Of a stretch of DNA of 32,201 nt, positions 25,205-32,201 are shown one piece after another (position 1 is the stretch's first letter; each line of letters begins with the position of its first letter). The DNA is from an uncultured Anaerolineaceae bacterium (GTDB lineage: Bacteria > Chloroflexota > Anaerolineae > Anaerolineales > Anaerolineaceae), in NCBI GenBank assembly GCA_964452955.1, contig CAYVRH010000001.1, forward strand, positions 1 to 32,201. The letters run 5' to 3'. Under the pieces are notes generated by a model. It had not been told where the DNA came from. It ran no database searches and saw only the letters and a program-made list of their open reading frames with translations. Position numbers and translations under genes: made by a program.

Positions 25205-28200
25205 GGTTTCACCTGATAAATACTGGTTTGTCCCGAACTGAACACTTTGTCCCAAAGCAAGCTATCATATTGAGCAAATTTTTCCAACCCAGTGGCTGGA
25301 TAGAAGCGGGCTTCCAATTGTCCAACGACAATATAAGCCACCTTATATTCCTCTAGAAATTGCTTTATAAAGTCCAGATCAGATGTATTGTAAAACGCAT
25401 TGACTGAGTCCACTCGTTCTTGAACACGATTATCCGCCAGAACCGCGTGCTGTTGACGTTGGTGATAATTCCAACCCACTACACCGGGAAGCCCAGTATA
25501 GATGGTAAAGCGGTTACCCCAGCGATATTCATAGGCCTGGCCTTCCAGAATGACCGGGGAACCTTTTACGTTTTCCTGCATCCAAAGGATGGCTTCATAA
25601 TCTTCCTCCAAGTTCATCGCTTGAACTTGTTGCGGGCGTTGGGGGTCCAAATTACCTGGTTCGATATAGCTCGAAGTTTTCATAAAGGCCATCCCATCCA
25701 GTGTGTGTGGAGCATTTCTATCCATACGGTCAGTCATTTTGTCTATGCCTGCCATAATAGGGAAAAAGGCAGCCCCAGCCAATAAGAGGATGAGCGCAAG
25801 TTCAAATAACTGCTGAAATGGCGGCTTCCATTTTTTATGTGCTTTCCATACCAGCATTATGGCAGGTCCAGCGACTAAGGAAAGCAAAATCCAAGCCTGT
25901 AAATAAAGTTTGAAAACAGAATTCTGACGGCCATTATCGCCTTCAGGCCAGATAAGCTCAACAAAAATGGTAAGAAGGAAGGCCGTACCAATGATAAAGT
26001 AAGTTATTCTATTGGAATCTGATTTTTCTTCAGTAATCAAAAGAAAGAGCGCAAGCAAGCAGATGGGGAAAGCATATACAGCCACAACCACTTTCATTAA
26101 TAGCAAAGCCACAAAAGTAAATCCGAGAAATACGCTGGCGATAATTATTTTGTCTTTGTGAGCTGCATACTTTTCTAAGGTAGAAATTCTTGTCTTCTTC
26201 AGCCAGATGTATAGCTGCCACATGAGAAATGCCGCGATAACAAACAGGAATACACCCCAGTGCCCTGTGAAAGATTTCAATGGAGTGCGAGCCCCTTCCC
26301 ATAACGCCACCTTATTGTATCCAGGGCGGAAAAGGTCATTAAAAGGCTTGTACATTACAACGCTTAGCGCGAATAACGATATCGCCGAAATAAGGGCGGG
26401 AAGATAACGCGTGAGTTTCAGCCAACCTGGTTTGATTGGGGGCATATAGCGCAGACCAGTGTACAAAACCACTGCTATAGCAAGTAATGGATAGGTGTAA
26501 AAATCCCAGGTATTGATAGGTTTTAAGGAACCCAATACCAAGCCGCCCAAACCAAAGACCGCGACCATTTTGAAAATGCGTTGTTTTAAGTTCTCTCCAA
26601 AATTCATGCGGGTTTGCAGGAATGAGAGTGCCCAGGCTACCGCCAGAATGGCCACAGGCATAACCATCAAATGGGCATGCAGATCCGCGTACAAAAACGT
26701 GAACATGGGGAATTCAGTGATTGGTTCTCCAGGGATCATGCGGCTGGGTATCCAGTACCAATCCCCCGGGTATAGCGGCAAAGGTGTTTTTTGCAGATAC
26801 TTGATAAGCCCTGAGAAAAAGAAACCAACTTTTTGAAAATATGTTGCCACTGCCAGGTCCGCGCCAGCGGCGCCCAGCTTCTCAAGAGTCTCTTTGAATA
26901 GCCGTATTGCCCCCAGGTTGCCCAGAAAAGCCAGTAATAATGCGGACCAAATGCCTGCCCAGAAAGGCTGGCCGAATAACCTGAATTGCGGCGCTTCCCT
27001 GAGCATACTCTTCAGCAGATTCCAACCAATGCTATAGGCTCCAATGAACACAAGCGCGTACCAGATGGGCAGAATGATGTTATATGCAATGGATGGCACA
27101 ATCCCCAAAAGCTTCACGGGCATCGCCAGGATTACAAAGCCGTAATAGTAATAATTGATGAAATCACCAGCAAACCAAGGGTTATAGGCTGGGAAGATAC
27201 TGCTTTTGAGAACAGCATTGAAGAACGAGAAATCCATCGGTTTCTCGCCACCTTTCCAGGGGTGCCACAAATCCGGGTTCTGATAGCGCACATACAGGAA
27301 AAATGCAAATGCGAGAAGAGAAAGTACTTCTATGAGAAGATATTGCTTCCACAAAAGTTTCAGGTCAGCTAGGAGAGCTTTGCGGGTCAAAAAGGCAGTG
27401 ATGAGATTGATGAAGATAATAATGATCAAAACCAGCAAAATGGTGGTTTTTGTTGCCTGAATTCCGTAATTACCAGCGATGAAAACAAGGTACGCCAGCC
27501 CCAGCAGTGCCGAAATCTTTGAAAACGCGAATCCCTTATCCTTTAAACCGCCCAATGCCAGGCGAATAACAGGGAAATTCAGCCATCCGAACAGGGTGAT
27601 GAAAAGGTAGAGAACAGCTGCGCCAAGGAAGGGTGTACGATTTAATGGGTTTTCCCGGTCAAAAAGTTCATTCCATGTGCCCCCCTCTGTCTGCGTTTGC
27701 AGTTCCTGGGGCGTCAATCGCAGTTGGCTTTGCGGGGTATCGGCAGATTTGAAAGTGTCGGCTTGTTTGGCGGTAATATTGACCACTTTTCCAAGATCGA
27801 CTTGCGCAAAAAGGGCTTTTACCTGATCGAGATTGAAGTTCTCATTTTTACGAAAAACAAGTGTCTTTGGGTGATCATAGACAGAAAATGCCTCTTCAGC
27901 ATACTGGTCATTGAACCTTAAATTGCCTAAATTGGGATAGGAGGTGCCCACATAAACAAGGTCAAAACCCAACCTGCCCAAATTGGAACCCAACTCAGCA
28001 TCGTTATAACAACGCACGATGTCTGTGCCGTCTTCGCAACCCATTAGCTCCTCATAAAACATGGTTGCGAGAGGGTAGCGTTCAGGCACCCGAACAGTCG
28101 TTCCCCAAACCCGGTTGGAACTCATCAGAATGTAATCGCTAAAATTGAGATTATCGAGCATGCGATCCAGTTTGTTCTGATCTTCAGCCCAATATAACTC

Positions 28201-30459
28201 CAGGTTTTTACCTTGGTAGGTGCCGTAAGTATCGCCATAAGGAATGTATCCCACGCGGGAAACAGGCAGTGCATCATCCCAACTGGTCTCAAGCAGGTTC
28301 ACTGGGGCGCTGATGCCAAGGGAACCCTCACCTCTGGTGAGCGCAATTTCAAGCAAAAGCTCCTGCTGGTCCTTTACCTCTAATGCGGGAGAAAAAGTAA
28401 CAACATATCTGTCTCCTGCTCCGTTCTTTGTCTTGAGAAAATCACTTTCAAGCGTTCCCAAACTTACCTGCTCAGGTGTGTTGAGAACGGATAGCCTGAA
28501 ATCGAGCTTTTTACTTGTTGGATTCTGTGAATAGTCCAATAGATGTGGAATTTCAAGTTCCGTGATCGCGCCAATCCCAGTCGTTGAAAACCTGATTTGT
28601 TGAGCGGCGCCAACTCTTATTTGCGCGGTAATGCGAGGAAGGCTAATGGTATGGAAACTGCCATCACTTCTTGGGAAAGAAAGCTGCGGCTCACCCTGGA
28701 AATGTGTCATCGATTGTGGGGCAACCGCTCTAATTTCAAATAGGTAAGTCTCGCCCTTCTCAAAGGGATATAGCGGTAGTTTGAATGACAGTTTACTGGG
28801 AGAGTTTTCATTCTCAGAATACAGTTGAGCTTTTACAGCAGGTCCTAATGTTTGTCTGCCACCGTTGATGAGGAAGACCTCCAGCGTGTAGAGCGAGTTT
28901 TCCTTTAAATTGGCTTCATCCGAAACATTTGGAAGAGTGAGTGAATCCAAATTCTCATTGTCCGATGACTGATAGACAAGATATAAAGGCTCAGTACCTT
29001 GCAAAATTGCGTCCGCTGGGTAGGAGACAGGCAGCTTTTTGATACCTTCGGTAGTTTCATTTGTAAGGGTCAAAGCACCAGGGAGATTCTGGTAGATCCA
29101 TTCGCTGGTGCTAACCCTCGTGAAATCCCTGCTATAGATGCGCGTGAAGGCATATGCCCAGGCCACTGTACCAAGCAAGCCAAGCACGGCCAGCACCCGA
29201 ACCAGCCAAAGCCAAATGGGTGACTGTCCGAATTTCAGGTCTCTCTTCTTCGAAAAAACCTGCACCAATACCCAGGATGCTGAAAGTGCCAGTAGAGGGT
29301 AAATCAGCAGGTAATAGCGCATGGAAGAGGTCCATGAAAGCGATTGCCAGAGGAAATATAGCAATGTCCAAACAATGATTGGAAAATAGAAATAGGTTCG
29401 GCGCTTGATGTTTGTATATAGTTGCCCAAGCAAACCCAACACCGCCAAAACCGCGAAGGGAATTCCCATGCCCCAAACGGCAAGATTGTAGGGGCCAAAG
29501 AAAAATGAACGGCGTGCCCATTGCAGGGCAGGAGGAGAATCAGACAAACCCTTGGACGCTGCTGAAAGCTCCTGCATATTGGAAAGCCATTTCGGATTCA
29601 GGCTGAAATTGAAGAAACTAGGTCCGGTAAATGCATAAGGTTGAAGAACCCGGAATGTAATGAAACTAATGACGCCTGCCAGAGCCATTAAACCAAAGCT
29701 GCGCCAGTATCCATCCACTTCAAGATTCTGAGATTTTGCCTTGAGATACCTTACATAGAGAATTACCGGCAAAAGCAAGGCCAGCGTTACTGCGTTGGCC
29801 TTGGAGGCTGTGGCCATGCCCAGTGCCAAACCGAAAAAGATAAACAACCAAAGCTCTCGTCCACTTACTTTACGTGTTGTAGATAGCGGCGGCAGCATCT
29901 GGATTAAGACACCTGCGTAAATAGTCAGTAAACCAAATGTATTGGTGAAGGTGTCTACCGTCATGAAGTGGGCTTGTTGAATCGGTACAACGCTTAAAGC
30001 ATAGAAGGCTGCTGCTCCAAGCCCCAACCAATCGTTCCAAAGCTTTTTGCCAATAAAAAAGAGCAGAACGATTGTGGTGAGTTCAGTCAGTACGGAGAGC
30101 TGCCTGCCAAGCATTGTAATTGGGTCATAACCGGTCTGCTGCGTAAATTCGCCAATATAGCGGATAATGAATACTGGCAGCGTTCCGTAAACAAAAAAAC
30201 CATAACCTTGATTATGCGGGTTCAACGTGGAAGTTTCAGTATTGAAGTAGTCCTTGAGAGAGTTTACAGGCTGAATGCTGCTCTCCACCATCGATAGAAA
30301 CCGTTCATCCGGGTGCAGATGGGTGCCCATATCCCATTTCAGGTTATAGCTGCGCAATAAGAATCCAACCAAAAGGATAGAAACAAAAATCACCAGTTTT
30401 AGTGATTGTCTCAGCGCAGTTGGCTCAGGCTTTGGGCTAGGTAGTTTGGAACTATCCAT
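25201..30459 (-). CDS. Giant two-module integral membrane protein, 1752 aa. It has an N-terminal GT-C-like module, a ~500-aa extracytoplasmic region, and a C-terminal DUF2298/Chlor_Arch_YYY module with its soluble domain.
   Basis: Module 1 (aa ~60-490 of the track ORF) has HPDERF (30298-30315) in its first loop and GFFVYG (FFVYG at 30184-30198). Residues 492-988 are hydrophilic and beta-rich. Module 2 has LKDKGFAFSKISA, GGEKPMDFSFFNA, YYYYG (27139-27153), EFPMFTFLYADLHAH (26671-26688), NTWDF (26500-26514) and RQNSVFKLYLQAWILLSLV. The C-terminal domain has VVGWNYHQRQQ and VAYIVVGQLE. I trimmed the start from 30597 to ATG 30459 (MDSSKLPSPKPEP), 13 nt after the methyltransferase stop. Confidence 0.75.
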   Translation of the reverse strand: MDSSKLPSPKPEPTALRQSLKLVIFVSILLVGFLLRSYNLKWDMGTHLHPDERFLSMVESSIQPVNSLKDYFNTETSTLNPHNQGYGFFVYGTLPVFIIRYIGEFTQQTGYDPITMLGRQLSVLTELTTIVLLFFIGKKLWNDWLGLGAAAFYALSVVPIQQAHFMTVDTFTNTFGLLTIYAGVLIQMLPPLSTTRKVSGRELWLFIFFGLALGMATASKANAVTLALLLPVILYVRYLKAKSQNLEVDGYWRSFGLMALAGVISFITFRVLQPYAFTGPSFFNFSLNPKWLSNMQELSAASKGLSDSPPALQWARRSFFFGPYNLAVWGMGIPFAVLAVLGLLGQLYTNIKRRTYFYFPIIVWTLLYFLWQSLSWTSSMRYYLLIYPLLALSASWVLVQVFSKKRDLKFGQSPIWLWLVRVLAVLGLLGTVAWAYAFTRIYSRDFTRVSTSEWIYQNLPGALTLTNETTEGIKKLPVSYPADAILQGTEPLYLVYQSSDNENLDSLTLPNVSDEANLKENSLYTLEVFLINGGRQTLGPAVKAQLYSENENSPSKLSFKLPLYPFEKGETYLFEIRAVAPQSMTHFQGEPQLSFPRSDGSFHTISLPRITAQIRVGAAQQIRFSTTGIGAITELEIPHLLDYSQNPTSKKLDFRLSVLNTPEQVSLGTLESDFLKTKNGAGDRYVVTFSPALEVKDQQELLLEIALTRGEGSLGISAPVNLLETSWDDALPVSRVGYIPYGDTYGTYQGKNLELYWAEDQNKLDRMLDNLNFSDYILMSSNRVWGTTVRVPERYPLATMFYEELMGCEDGTDIVRCYNDAELGSNLGRLGFDLVYVGTSYPNLGNLRFNDQYAEEAFSVYDHPKTLVFRKNENFNLDQVKALFAQVDLGKVVNITAKQADTFKSADTPQSQLRLTPQELQTQTEGGTWNELFDRENPLNRTPFLGAAVLYLFITLFGWLNFPVIRLALGGLKDKGFAFSKISALLGLAYLVFIAGNYGIQATKTTILLVLIIIIFINLITAFLTRKALLADLKLLWKQYLLIEVLSLLAFAFFLYVRYQNPDLWHPWKGGEKPMDFSFFNAVLKSSIFPAYNPWFAGDFINYYYYGFVILAMPVKLLGIVPSIAYNIILPIWYALVFIGAYSIGWNLLKSMLREAPQFRLFGQPFWAGIWSALLLAFLGNLGAIRLFKETLEKLGAAGADLAVATYFQKVGFFFSGLIKYLQKTPLPLYPGDWYWIPSRMIPGEPITEFPMFTFLYADLHAHLMVMPVAILAVAWALSFLQTRMNFGENLKQRIFKMVAVFGLGGLVLGSLKPINTWDFYTYPLLAIAVVLYTGLRYMPPIKPGWLKLTRYLPALISAISLFALSVVMYKPFNDLFRPGYNKVALWEGARTPLKSFTGHWGVFLFVIAAFLMWQLYIWLKKTRISTLEKYAAHKDKIIIASVFLGFTFVALLLMKVVVAVYAFPICLLALFLLITEEKSDSNRITYFIIGTAFLLTIFVELIWPEGDNGRQNSVFKLYLQAWILLSLVAGPAIMLVWKAHKKWKPPFQQLFELALILLLAGAAFFPIMAGIDKMTDRMDRNAPHTLDGMAFMKTSSYIEPGNLDPQRPQQVQAMNLEEDYEAILWMQENVKGSPVILEGQAYEYRWGNRFTIYTGLPGVVGWNYHQRQQHAVLADNRVQERVDSVNAFYNTSDLDFIKQFLEEYKVAYIVVGQLEARFYPATGLEKFAQYDSLLWDKVFSSGQTSIYQVKP

Positions 30460-30472
30460 AATGACGCAAGTG

Positions 30473-31273
30473 TTATTTTGTGGCGATAAAGAATGTTTCT
30501 GTTCCGTCTTCGCAATACGGATTCTCAACCAATTGTCGGACTTTCCTAAAAGGTATAAATGGATTTTTAGCCGATGGAAAAAGGATCCATTTGCCAAATA
30601 CTTTCTTGTAAAACAAAGTCAGGATGCCAAATAAGTGGCCGCGTTCCAGCATATGTAATGCCCAAACGGGAAAGTAGTTAAACGATTCTACGTTCGTAAA
30701 GCCTGCTTCCAACAGCCTGGCTTTCCATGTTTCAGGTGTATCCAGATTGACATGCCTGGATATTTTGTTGAAAAATTTTGAGTAAGCTTTAGCCAACTTG
30801 TGTAAACCGATTTTCTGTAATACTTTCATCCCCCAAAGTTCAGTTTTGAACCGCGCATTGGGCACCGCGAAGTAGAACTTACCACCTGGAGCCAGGCAGC
30901 GATGTACATCATTCAGCACATATTGCACATTGGGTATATGTTCAAGGACTGAATTCGAAATCGCAGTTGGAAAGGAATCTTCGGGTACGGGTATCTGGTC
31001 ACCCATTCCTTGGACGAGCAAGCCATAAACCTGGCGCTTGCCCGCTTCCTGTAAGGGTTCCCACCAGGGATCGATACCAAACATGGTTTTCTTTTTCAGT
31101 AAAGCCTGGGCAAAATGGCCGTCCCCCGCGCCAATATCCAAAACAGGTTCTGCCAGGTCTTGCTCTTCGTAAAATCGTTGTTCACAAGCCCGCAGCATAC
31201 CCCGGAAATAGGGCATGCTAAAAAGTTGGCGTCTGCAGATTTGATTCAGTTCCTTTGAATTCAAAGTCACCAT
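30473..31273 (-). CDS. Class I SAM-dependent methyltransferase, 266 aa
   Basis: Motif I is VLDIGAGDGHF. The post-I acidic residue lies in FGIDP. The sequence also contains SNSVLEHIPN and LAPGGKFYFAVPN (Methyltransf_11-like). Confidence 0.85.
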   Translation of the reverse strand: MVTLNSKELNQICRRQLFSMPYFRGMLRACEQRFYEEQDLAEPVLDIGAGDGHFAQALLKKKTMFGIDPWWEPLQEAGKRQVYGLLVQGMGDQIPVPEDSFPTAISNSVLEHIPNVQYVLNDVHRCLAPGGKFYFAVPNARFKTELWGMKVLQKIGLHKLAKAYSKFFNKISRHVNLDTPETWKARLLEAGFTNVESFNYFPVWALHMLERGHLFGILTLFYKKVFGKWILFPSAKNPFIPFRKVRQLVENPYCEDGTETFFIATK

Positions 31274-31278
31274 AAGCG

Positions 31279-32201
31279 TTATATTTTGAATAACTCCAGG
31301 TATTTTTTTGCCACAACTTCTTCACTGAATTCGTTGAGATAGTCAGTCTCGACGTGATAAGCGATTTTGCCTTTTTCAAGAACTTGAATGATCTTCTCTG
31401 CTAAATCGTGCGCGTTGGCAGCTTTAAAGAGCGCTCCTGCACCTGTTTGCGTAACTGGTACGCGAATTCCGGGGGAATCGGAAGCCACCACTGGAGTTCC
31501 CTGCGCGAAAGCTTCGATTTGCACCATGCCAAAAGCCTCGGTTCGATTAGTGCTCGAAACTACCAGCACATCACAAACCGCAAAGAAAGCCTGCAATTCT
31601 TCTTCAGACAGGAATCCCAATTTTTTCCAGTAAGCCGCCTGTGGTTTTATCAAGTTGTCGATGTAAGCCTGGTAAGCTTCCTCACCAACAACACCTTTCC
31701 ACGAGCCGGCATGCAAAACCATCACGTCAGGAAACATTTTGCGGATTTCGGGTAAGGCTTGAACCAGGATTTCATATCCCTTTTCGGAGGCAACCCGCCC
31801 GGATAGCCCGATATAGCGATGATTCTGATCCAAAGCGAACTTCTCACGTAATTGCACAATCGCTTCTTCTTTTACTGGTCGGGGGTTCACCGGCGGCCAG
31901 ACCACTTTTACCTTATCCAGTATGCCTTCAAGTGCAGGGGAGCTATTGGCATAATCCTGGGCTAGTGCGGCAATTGCGTCTGCTTTTTTGAGGGCTAGAC
32001 TATGCAGCCAACGGGTCCCAAGGTAAGGCAGCTGGGAGATAAAATGGCCTTCCTTTTCAAGATCACATTGGTAAGTGACAATAAGACGTTTGCCTTGTAC
32101 CTTAGCCATGGCAGCCAACTGGGCAGATTCAAACTGAGGCAAATGCAAATTCACCACATCCGCCCATTTAATCCAGGGTTTTGCTACTTTGCCCAATCCC
32201 A
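31279..32201 (-). CDS. Glycosyltransferase family 4 (GT-B, Glycos_transf_1); the N-terminus lies beyond the right window edge
   Basis: The C-terminal Rossmann half contains GRVASEKGYEILVQAL, LHAGS and the E-x7-E motif TEAFGMVQIEAFAQGTPVV. The ORF-track 'M' at 32196 is a TTG. The frame stays open to position 32201, so the gene is 5'-truncated by the window. Confidence 0.85.
   Translation of the reverse strand, partial: GLGKVAKPWIKWADVVNLHLPQFESAQLAAMAKVQGKRLIVTYQCDLEKEGHFISQLPYLGTRWLHSLALKKADAIAALAQDYANSSPALEGILDKVKVVWPPVNPRPVKEEAIVQLREKFALDQNHRYIGLSGRVASEKGYEILVQALPEIRKMFPDVMVLHAGSWKGVVGEEAYQAYIDNLIKPQAAYWKKLGFLSEEELQAFFAVCDVLVVSSTNRTEAFGMVQIEAFAQGTPVVASDSPGIRVPVTQTGAGALFKAANAHDLAEKIIQVLEKGKIAYHVETDYLNEFSEEVVAKKYLELFKI

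Noticed and set aside
25205-25255. Upstream ATG at 25255 as the start of the 891-aa protein (908-aa version)
   Set aside because: It would overlap the giant gene by 55 nt and adds a non-hydrophobic 17-residue head. ATG 25204 forms the ATGA coupling seen elsewhere in the operon. It is kept as an alternative because this remains undecided.
30460-30597. 46-codon N-terminal extension of the giant ORF overlapping the methyltransferase gene by 125 nt
   Set aside because: The overlap covers the well-formed C-terminus of the methyltransferase. The internal ATG 30459 precedes the first TM helix and leaves a 13-nt spacer.
1-32201. Searched by eye for CRISPR repeats, IS/transposase or integrase genes, phage modules, toxin-antitoxin pairs, defence-system ATPases or nucleases, and rRNA
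   Set aside because: I found none. Intergenic DNA is minimal (the largest gaps are 173, 141 and 135 bp) and is accounted for by promoters, terminators and one small ORF. No long direct or inverted repeats were noticed, though a computational repeat search would be more reliable than reading.

Overview
This is a gene-dense 32.2-kb chromosomal segment, mostly on the minus strand. I see no rRNA, CRISPR array, IS element or prophage signature. Positions 1-20.1 kb are housekeeping. They hold the 5' part of ettA (it runs off the left edge and is missing from the ORF track), tRNA-Pro(CGG) as its own small transcription unit, a Zn-dependent alcohol dehydrogenase, and endonuclease-type mutL. Next come uvrC interrupted by a frameshift near 3945, a 44-codon candidate membrane ORF, metG with atypical class-I signature motifs, yceD/DUF177 and rdgB. 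After those are an archaeal-type adenosine-specific-kinase homolog, an orphan PhnD-like lipoprotein with sanA, gyrA, and a stand-alone rpoC with a TTGACA-N18-TATAAT promoter and no rpoB beside it. Positions 17.8-32.2 kb hold the most interesting content. Seven same-strand ORFs are packed with almost no intergenic DNA: GT4 glycosyltransferase (5' end outside the window), SAM methyltransferase, a 1752-aa membrane protein, an 891-aa membrane protein, a 553-aa membrane protein, cmk and an orphan polytopic histidine kinase. Three consecutive junctions are ATGA or TAATG stop/start overlaps. The two largest proteins are paralogs that share YYYxG, ADxHxH, NTWDF and FKxYxQAWIL motifs. From memory these match DUF2298 (PF10060) / TIGR03662 'Chlor_Arch_YYY', a function-unknown family restricted to Chloroflexi and Archaea. 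I interpret the cluster as a candidate uncharacterised GT-C-type extracytoplasmic glycosylation machine. Several ORF-track starts are over-extended (mutL, ADH, yceD, rdgB, the kinase, both YYY proteins), so I give trimmed coordinates. The likely origin is Chloroflexota (an inference that cannot be verified here). All homology statements come from reading the translations and from memory of the families; no searches were run.
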